Part shown: positions 48,848-53,815 of the stretch, piece after piece | Position numbering within the stretch: the stretch's first letter is position 1 | Layout of the letters: each line of letters begins with the position of its first letter | From: Bacteroidales bacterium | GTDB taxonomy: Bacteria; Bacteroidota; Bacteroidia; Bacteroidales; VadinHA17 | NCBI GenBank assembly: GCA_027028505.1 | Contig: JALVJE010000229.1 | Span: 1 to 53,815 of the forward strand | Direction of reading: 5' to 3' | DNA length: 53,815 bases | The notes under the pieces: generated by a model | What the model was told of the DNA's origin: nothing | The model's database searches: none | Seen by the model: the letters and a program-made list of their open reading frames with translations, nothing else | Program-made: the position numbers and the translations under genes

Positions 48848-48879
48848 AAAAAAAAACCCGGGATCGTTCCCGGGTTTTT
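48848..48879 (-). terminator. Intrinsic (possibly bidirectional) terminator after the SIS gene
   Basis: AAAAACCCGGGA/TCCCGGGTTTTT hairpin with A and T tails. Confidence 0.8.
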
Positions 48880-48900
48880 CATGGTATAAAAGGCTGGGAA

Positions 48901-49917
48901 TTACTCTCCTGTATATTCATTGCCCACTTTCCGGGCGCGCTCCGGCTTGTCCAGGTTGATGTCCAGGGCGAGGCCTGTCTCCACCAGCACGTTCCAGCCG
49001 GCTGCCAGTTCCACGTAATCCTTGTATTCACCGCCGTCGGGGATGAGGATGGTGGGGAAGCTGGTCTGGCGGTGGGAGATGGCTACGATGGTGAGACCAA
49101 CGCCTTTCTCCAGCACCTCATGGAATTTCTCCTCTTCGCTCTCAAAGGGATCCACCACGATCACCACCTCATCGGGGTTCATCACCTCTTCGATGCCATG
49201 AGCGGCGTAGGTACCTTCGAGGAAGTCGGATTTCTTGCGGGTGATCTCGTTGGTCTTCAGGGTCAGCTCCTCTGCCACTCCGGTGTTGCGGCCGGCGAAG
49301 TAGATCATCCCTGCGTTTTTGATCTTTTCGGTGAGCGAGTCATCCACTTTCAGGGTCATGGCTTCCTCCACCATACCGGCCAGTTCGTCCAGTCCCTGCA
49401 TGCTCTTGCCGGTGAGGTGCCGGTAGAGACTGTCATAGAAAAGGCCCTGCTCGATGACCGACTTGGTCGCTGCCACAGCATCTTCCTTGCCGCAGCCCAG
49501 CACGTGGGTGTCCAGGGCCAGCTCCTGCAGCGGGGTGTCGTGGTTGGCCGTCAGTCCGAAATAGGCGGTATGTCCGGCTTCTTTCAGATGTTTGAAAAGA
49601 CGGACCACCTCCTTGGTCTTGCCCGAGTTGGAGGCGCCGAACACGGCCAGGTCGGTGAGATCATACTCCAAGGCCTGCGTAGCACCTTCGGTGAAAAGAG
49701 GGAAGCGTTTGCTATCCTTCAGTGAATCGTAGATAGCGCGTTTGGCGGGGAAGATACGGCTGCTGCCCTCACCCGTCATGAACAGCCCTTTCTTGCTGCG
49801 AATGGCGTGGGCAAAACGCTCGGCGACGGCAGGATCGAAACGGCGGATCACATCCGCGGTCTCCATCATCTCCCGCACCAAAGCGTACTTTGAGTATTTC
49901 TTGTCATTGAGATCCAT
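48901..49917 (-). CDS. Double-SIS sugar-phosphate isomerase/deaminase (GlmS isomerase-like, no glutaminase domain)
   Basis: GEGSS, SNSGKT, EDAVAATKS, EELTLKTNEI, HG, LDKPERARKV parallel the GlmS C-terminal motifs. Confidence 0.82.
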   Translation of the reverse strand: MDLNDKKYSKYALVREMMETADVIRRFDPAVAERFAHAIRSKKGLFMTGEGSSRIFPAKRAIYDSLKDSKRFPLFTEGATQALEYDLTDLAVFGASNSGKTKEVVRLFKHLKEAGHTAYFGLTANHDTPLQELALDTHVLGCGKEDAVAATKSVIEQGLFYDSLYRHLTGKSMQGLDELAGMVEEAMTLKVDDSLTEKIKNAGMIYFAGRNTGVAEELTLKTNEITRKKSDFLEGTYAAHGIEEVMNPDEVVIVVDPFESEEEKFHEVLEKGVGLTIVAISHRQTSFPTILIPDGGEYKDYVELAAGWNVLVETGLALDINLDKPERARKVGNEYTGE

Positions 49918-49925
49918 GGTCGTAT

Positions 49926-50693
49926 TTATTTAAGTTTGATAAAGTCTTTCAGTTCTTCCTGGATGAGCGGATCTTTCTGGAAGCCGCCTCCCAGATGCTG
50001 CCAGAACACTTCGGCATACGGCACGTTCACCATGCTGCCGTAGTTGACATTGTTCTTCTTCATCTCCCCAAAGAAATCGTCCATCTTGTGCATGTGGCGC
50101 ATCAGGTCCATCTGCGACTGATGGTGGGAGAGCATGTCCATCTTGGTGTCCATCACAGAGGTGATGTCCACGAAGAAATGAGGCGGAGCGATCTGGTTGC
50201 CGAGGGGGTCGGAGAGGGTGAGGGGAGCTGAATGATAAAGCAGGGGAGTGATCTCTACCGGCTCTTCGTCCAGCGGCACGTTGGGCAGTGACGATATCAT
50301 AGCTGCCGACTCCACGATGTTGCAGGTGGTGCGGTGGTCACTGTGGTAATCCATCGGCAGATGGGTGATGACGATGCCGGCCCGCACCTGGCGGATCAGC
50401 GCAATGGTCTTGAGGCGCATCTCGGTGGTATCGAACAGGAAGCCGTCGCGGCCGTCCAGACAGTAGTACTCGGCATCCAGGATGGCAGCGGCCTTGCGGG
50501 CCTCCTCCTTGCGCATGGCGATGGTCTTCTCCTCGGTGGAGTTGATGCCGCCCATGCCGCCGGCGGTCATGGTGGCGATCACGATCTTGTATCCTTTGTC
50601 CTTCAGGAGTTTCAGGGTGCCGGCGCAGAACGCTTCGGTATCATCCGGATGAGCGTGGAGAGAAAGGACGGTTTTGTTGAATGTGTGTTCCAT
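49926..50693 (-). CDS. PIG-L/LmbE family deacetylase
   Basis: AHPDD, RKEEA, YHSDH, HQSQ. Confidence 0.9.
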   Translation of the reverse strand: MEHTFNKTVLSLHAHPDDTEAFCAGTLKLLKDKGYKIVIATMTAGGMGGINSTEEKTIAMRKEEARKAAAILDAEYYCLDGRDGFLFDTTEMRLKTIALIRQVRAGIVITHLPMDYHSDHRTTCNIVESAAMISSLPNVPLDEEPVEITPLLYHSAPLTLSDPLGNQIAPPHFFVDITSVMDTKMDMLSHHQSQMDLMRHMHKMDDFFGEMKKNNVNYGSMVNVPYAEVFWQHLGGGFQKDPLIQEELKDFIKLK

Positions 50694-50751
50694 GGTAATT
50701 CGTTTTTAAAGTTTTAAGTCATTTTGTATTTATTCTCTTCCCTGAAAAGAT

Positions 50752-51954
50752 TCAGGGCTTGACCCGGATGGGTTGCAGCCGCACAAATTCCGGCAACGGG
50801 CCGGAAAGAGGCCTCATGTATTCCAGGAATTTCTCACTGACAAAATTGCCTTCCTTGTTGAAGTAGTCCAGCGGCATCGGTTTGGCTTTCACGGCCACGT
50901 CGTTGAGGGGTACCTGTCCGTATTCGATGGTATAGGGATCGTTGGAGACCCGCTTCATGGCGACCATCATGCCGCTGACACCGTCACGGGCCAGTTCCAC
51001 GGCTTTCACCCCACAGCGGTAAGCCTCTTCGATATCCTGCTCCAGGGCCCGGTCTTCGGCCGACATGATCAGCGATTCGGTGATCTGGAACTCGCCCCGG
51101 AAGCCGAACTTGTCGGAGATCATCCGGTGCAGGTTCATGGCCACGCTGGTGCCACCCATGGCGCCGAACTCTACGTTGGAGAATTTGTCCTTTACGCGTG
51201 AGGCGCTCACCGGCGTACCGTCGGCATACTTGATCCCCTCGCCGCAGACAATAGAGACCCAGCCGTACTTTTTATAAACGGTGTCCACATCGTCGAGGAA
51301 TTTTTCCTTGTCAAAATCGAACTCGGGGGCATAGATCAGATGAGGCGCATCGTCTTCAGCCTTTTTGGCCATGGCAGTGGAGGCGGCCAGCCATCCTGCA
51401 TCCCGGCCGATGGTCTGGTAGATGACGAACTGGTCGACGCGTTGCATGTCACGTGCCAGGAATCCGGACTGCATCACGTTGAGGATATTGGAGTGTGCTG
51501 CCGAAGCGAATCCCGGCGTGTGGTCGGTGCCGAAGAGGTCGTTGTCCACGGTCTTGGGGATCCCCACGCCGATCATCTCATAACCGGCCTTGCGGCAGTA
51601 CTGTTCGACCCGGTTGATCGTGTCCATGGTGTCGTTGCCGCCGATAAGGAAAAAGTACCGGATATCATACTTTTTCAGTACTTCCAGGATGCGGGGGAAA
51701 TCCTCATCCTGTACCTTGTGACGGGACGATCCCAGCGCTGACGAAGGAGTGTGCTTCAGCCCTTCAATGATCTCTTTGGGCTGTTTTCCCAGATCAATGA
51801 TCTCTTCCTGCATGAACCCTTCAATGCCGAAGTTCATGCCGTAAACGTTCTTTATGGAGGAGGTCCGCAATGCCTCTTCTATCACGCCTGCCAGCGAAGC
51901 GTTGATGACGGCTGTGGGGCCTCCCGACTGTCCTATGATCGCATTTCCGCTCAT
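50752..51954 (-). CDS. PfkA-family phosphofructokinase, probably PPi-dependent
   Basis: QSGGPT, GGNDT (Asp at the donor-specificity position), PKTVDND, TIGRDAGWL. TATTTTTG at 52001-52008. Confidence 0.88.
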   Translation of the reverse strand: MSGNAIIGQSGGPTAVINASLAGVIEEALRTSSIKNVYGMNFGIEGFMQEEIIDLGKQPKEIIEGLKHTPSSALGSSRHKVQDEDFPRILEVLKKYDIRYFFLIGGNDTMDTINRVEQYCRKAGYEMIGVGIPKTVDNDLFGTDHTPGFASAAHSNILNVMQSGFLARDMQRVDQFVIYQTIGRDAGWLAASTAMAKKAEDDAPHLIYAPEFDFDKEKFLDDVDTVYKKYGWVSIVCGEGIKYADGTPVSASRVKDKFSNVEFGAMGGTSVAMNLHRMISDKFGFRGEFQITESLIMSAEDRALEQDIEEAYRCGVKAVELARDGVSGMMVAMKRVSNDPYTIEYGQVPLNDVAVKAKPMPLDYFNKEGNFVSEKFLEYMRPLSGPLPEFVRLQPIRVKP

Positions 51955-52041
51955 ATTTTCCTGCTTTTTAAAATAACAATTAGTTCAAAACAAATCGAAC
52001 CAAAAATAGTAAAAAAATATGAGAATACAAAACACTTTGTT

Positions 52042-52124
52042 CAAGAGCCAAGATACAAGATACAAGAGCCATGAACTACCAACTATGAACTGAGAACTAT
52101 GAATCCCCAACTCGTAACTCCACA
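52042..52124. repeat. Degenerate heptamer array
   Basis: CAAGAGC CAAGATA CAAGATA CAAGAGC CATGAAC TACCAAC TATGAAC TGAGAAC and further units. Confidence 0.75.
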
Positions 52125-52356
52125 TGCCGCAAATGCTGCTAGTGATATGTCAACCAGAATATGACGCACCCATTGTACCCTTAACCCCCACGCGCCCCCT
52201 CGGTCCCCTAAAGGGGAAGTCCACCCACAATTCAATAGAAAGTGTGGGCAAGGGTTCCCCCTTCAGGGGGCCAGGGGGGCGGGCAGGACAAGCTTGATAA
52301 TTCCTTGTTTTATGGTTGACATGATATTAGCATTTGCGAGCCTGCCGGCAGGCAGG
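52125..52356. mobile_element. MITE-like composite: expanded hairpin unit enclosing the GC-rich REP doublet (copy 2), abutted by a CCTGCC REP
   Basis: Imperfect inverted ends CGCAAATGCT..ATGTCAACCA (52128-52156) and TGGTTGACAT..AGCATTTGCG (52313-52338). Begins TGCCG and ends CGAG like the double-hairpin units. No coding capacity. Confidence 0.55.
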
Positions 52357-52383
52357 TAGGCACTACGAACTACGAACTACGAA

Positions 52384-52460
52384 TGCCGAAATTGTTGTGC
52401 ACAACAATTTCGAGCATGCTCGCAACTCTAATGAGATCGGAGATCTCAAGAGTTGCGGCA
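52384..52460. repeat. Double-hairpin element, copy 4
   Basis: TGCCG-AAATTGTTGTG/CACAACAATTT-CGAGCATGCTCG-CAACTCT/AGAGTTG-CGGCA inside an ACTACGA array. Confidence 0.8.
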
Positions 52461-52467
52461 CTATGAA

Positions 52468-53118
52468 CTAACAAAATCTTATCTCCCCAAAATACTCCGG
52501 CCGGTGAAAATCCGGCTCCGGGGTGTCGATGGGGTTCCAGGAGAGGTAATGGGGCCGGGAGAGCTCGTCCCCGCATTTGTAAAAATTGGCCCGGAAAGTT
52601 TTTTCCGAAAGTGTTTCAATGTTGTGGTCGACGAATGCTTCCACAGGGATCGCCACCATCAGGTCCCAGGAGAAATCGCCGGTCTTTTCCTCGAAGGGGG
52701 CCACGCCCAGTGAAGGGTACCGCCTGATCTTCTCGATCACGTTCGGTTGCAGCTTCTCACGGGGGGAGCGGGACAGACCTTTTTCTGCCAGGCAGGTGCC
52801 GATGCAGTTGATCTCAAAGTTGTAGTATATCCCGTCGTCCGCAGGCGAGACAAAGAATTCCACGCAGCTGTCCTGCCATACGGGTGCGTTGTCCTCCGTA
52901 AAACGGGCGCGGATCACCTCTTCCCGCACATAATATTTCAGCAGGATGTGTTTTTCATCGTAAGCCACGGCGAACTGTACCTCCGGCTTATAGGAGAACG
53001 ATTCCCAGTTGATGGTGTCAATGCTCTCTTTTGGGAGTGAATCCATGTAAGCGGACATCTTTTCCGGGGAGGCCGTTCCGATATCAAAAGGGACTTTATG
53101 CAGGCAAAGGGATTTCAT
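52468..53118 (-). CDS. Carbohydrate-binding family 9-like (DOMON-like) protein
   Basis: VWQDSCVEFF, YYNFEINCIG, ANFYKCGD, PDFHRPEYFG; no obvious signal peptide. Confidence 0.8.
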   Translation of the reverse strand: MKSLCLHKVPFDIGTASPEKMSAYMDSLPKESIDTINWESFSYKPEVQFAVAYDEKHILLKYYVREEVIRARFTEDNAPVWQDSCVEFFVSPADDGIYYNFEINCIGTCLAEKGLSRSPREKLQPNVIEKIRRYPSLGVAPFEEKTGDFSWDLMVAIPVEAFVDHNIETLSEKTFRANFYKCGDELSRPHYLSWNPIDTPEPDFHRPEYFGEIRFC

Positions 53119-53129
53119 ATCTGTGTATA

Positions 53130-53815
53130 TTATTTTTCGATTTCTTTCCAGGCCAGGGCACTGGCGCCCAGGATAGCAGCATTGTTCTCAGGGATCTCGG
53201 AGGGGAGGATCTGTACCGTTCCTTTGAAGATCCCCTGGATCTTTTCGTCGACATATTTTTTGACAGGCTCAAAAAGAAATTTCCCTGCGTTGGAGAGTCC
53301 GCCGAAAAGAAAAACCGCCTCCGGGCTGGAGAAAGCCGTGGAGTTAACAATGGAGAGGGCGAGCATGTCGGCGGTCTTGTCGAAAGCTTCCAGGGCGATC
53401 CGGTCGCCTTCTTTGGCAGCATCGGTGATCATCTTGGCGGTAAGATCTTCCGGGGGTACTTTCCGCAGCACGCTGTCATCCCTTCTTTTGCCCAGCAGCT
53501 CCTCCACGGTACGTACAATACCGGTGGCCGAAGCGTAGGTCTCCAGGCATCCCTGGCGTCCGCAGCCGCAATCCCTGCCTCCCGGCACCATGATGATGTG
53601 GCCGATCTCGCCGGCAAAACCGGTGGAGCCGTACAGCACCTCTCCGTTGATGACGATGCCGCTGCCCAGACCGGTGCCGAGGGTATAAACGATAAAGTTC
53701 TTCATCTCTTTGGCCCCGCCGTAGATCATCTCGCCCAGGGCGGCCGCATTGGCATCGTTGGTGAGCACCACCGGCACATCGGTGTATTTTGACATCATCT
53801 CACACAGGGGGATGA
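53130..53815 (-). CDS. ROK family sugar kinase (5' end beyond the window)
   Basis: NDANAAA, TLGTGLGSG, EIGH, CGCGRQGCLE. Close paralog of 47776-48759; the frame stays open to the window end. Confidence 0.92.
   Translation of the reverse strand, partial: IPLCEMMSKYTDVPVVLTNDANAAALGEMIYGGAKEMKNFIVYTLGTGLGSGIVINGEVLYGSTGFAGEIGHIIMVPGGRDCGCGRQGCLETYASATGIVRTVEELLGKRRDDSVLRKVPPEDLTAKMITDAAKEGDRIALEAFDKTADMLALSIVNSTAFSSPEAVFLFGGLSNAGKFLFEPVKKYVDEKIQGIFKGTVQILPSEIPENNAAILGASALAWKEIEK

Overview
Chromosomal window from a Bacteroidota genome, probably Bacteroidales. The evidence is the gene content (gldA-like ABC ATPase, PadR-PspC, Bacteroidota-type metK/metF) and repeated TAnnTTTG -7 promoter elements. 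About 40 CDSs are present: dnaG, a sirtuin, comF, DUF134-NifX, an orphan SiaB-type kinase, a TetR-TolC-MFP-RND efflux operon, metK behind a SAM-II-like riboswitch, putP with a secreted TPR-CHAT protease, pspC-padR-pspC, metX-metH-metF behind a SAM-I riboswitch, rnr, cysS, ispD, and a ROK/CBM9-like/PPi-PFK/PIG-L/SIS sugar cluster. I saw no rRNA, tRNA, CRISPR array, transposase or integrase. The strongest unexplained signal is intergenic. Tandem arrays of 7, 8, 9 and 12 bp units carry precisely inserted, sometimes nested, hairpin elements. One family of four double-hairpin elements keeps its structure (covarying closing stems, a bulged A) but not its sequence, and always sits at an A^C junction with no clear target duplication. 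The best protein-level candidates are a NagA/NagB-independent amino-sugar pathway and an uncharacterised module of an ABCG-like transporter with paired lipoproteins. All calls come from reading the sequence; no database searches were run.
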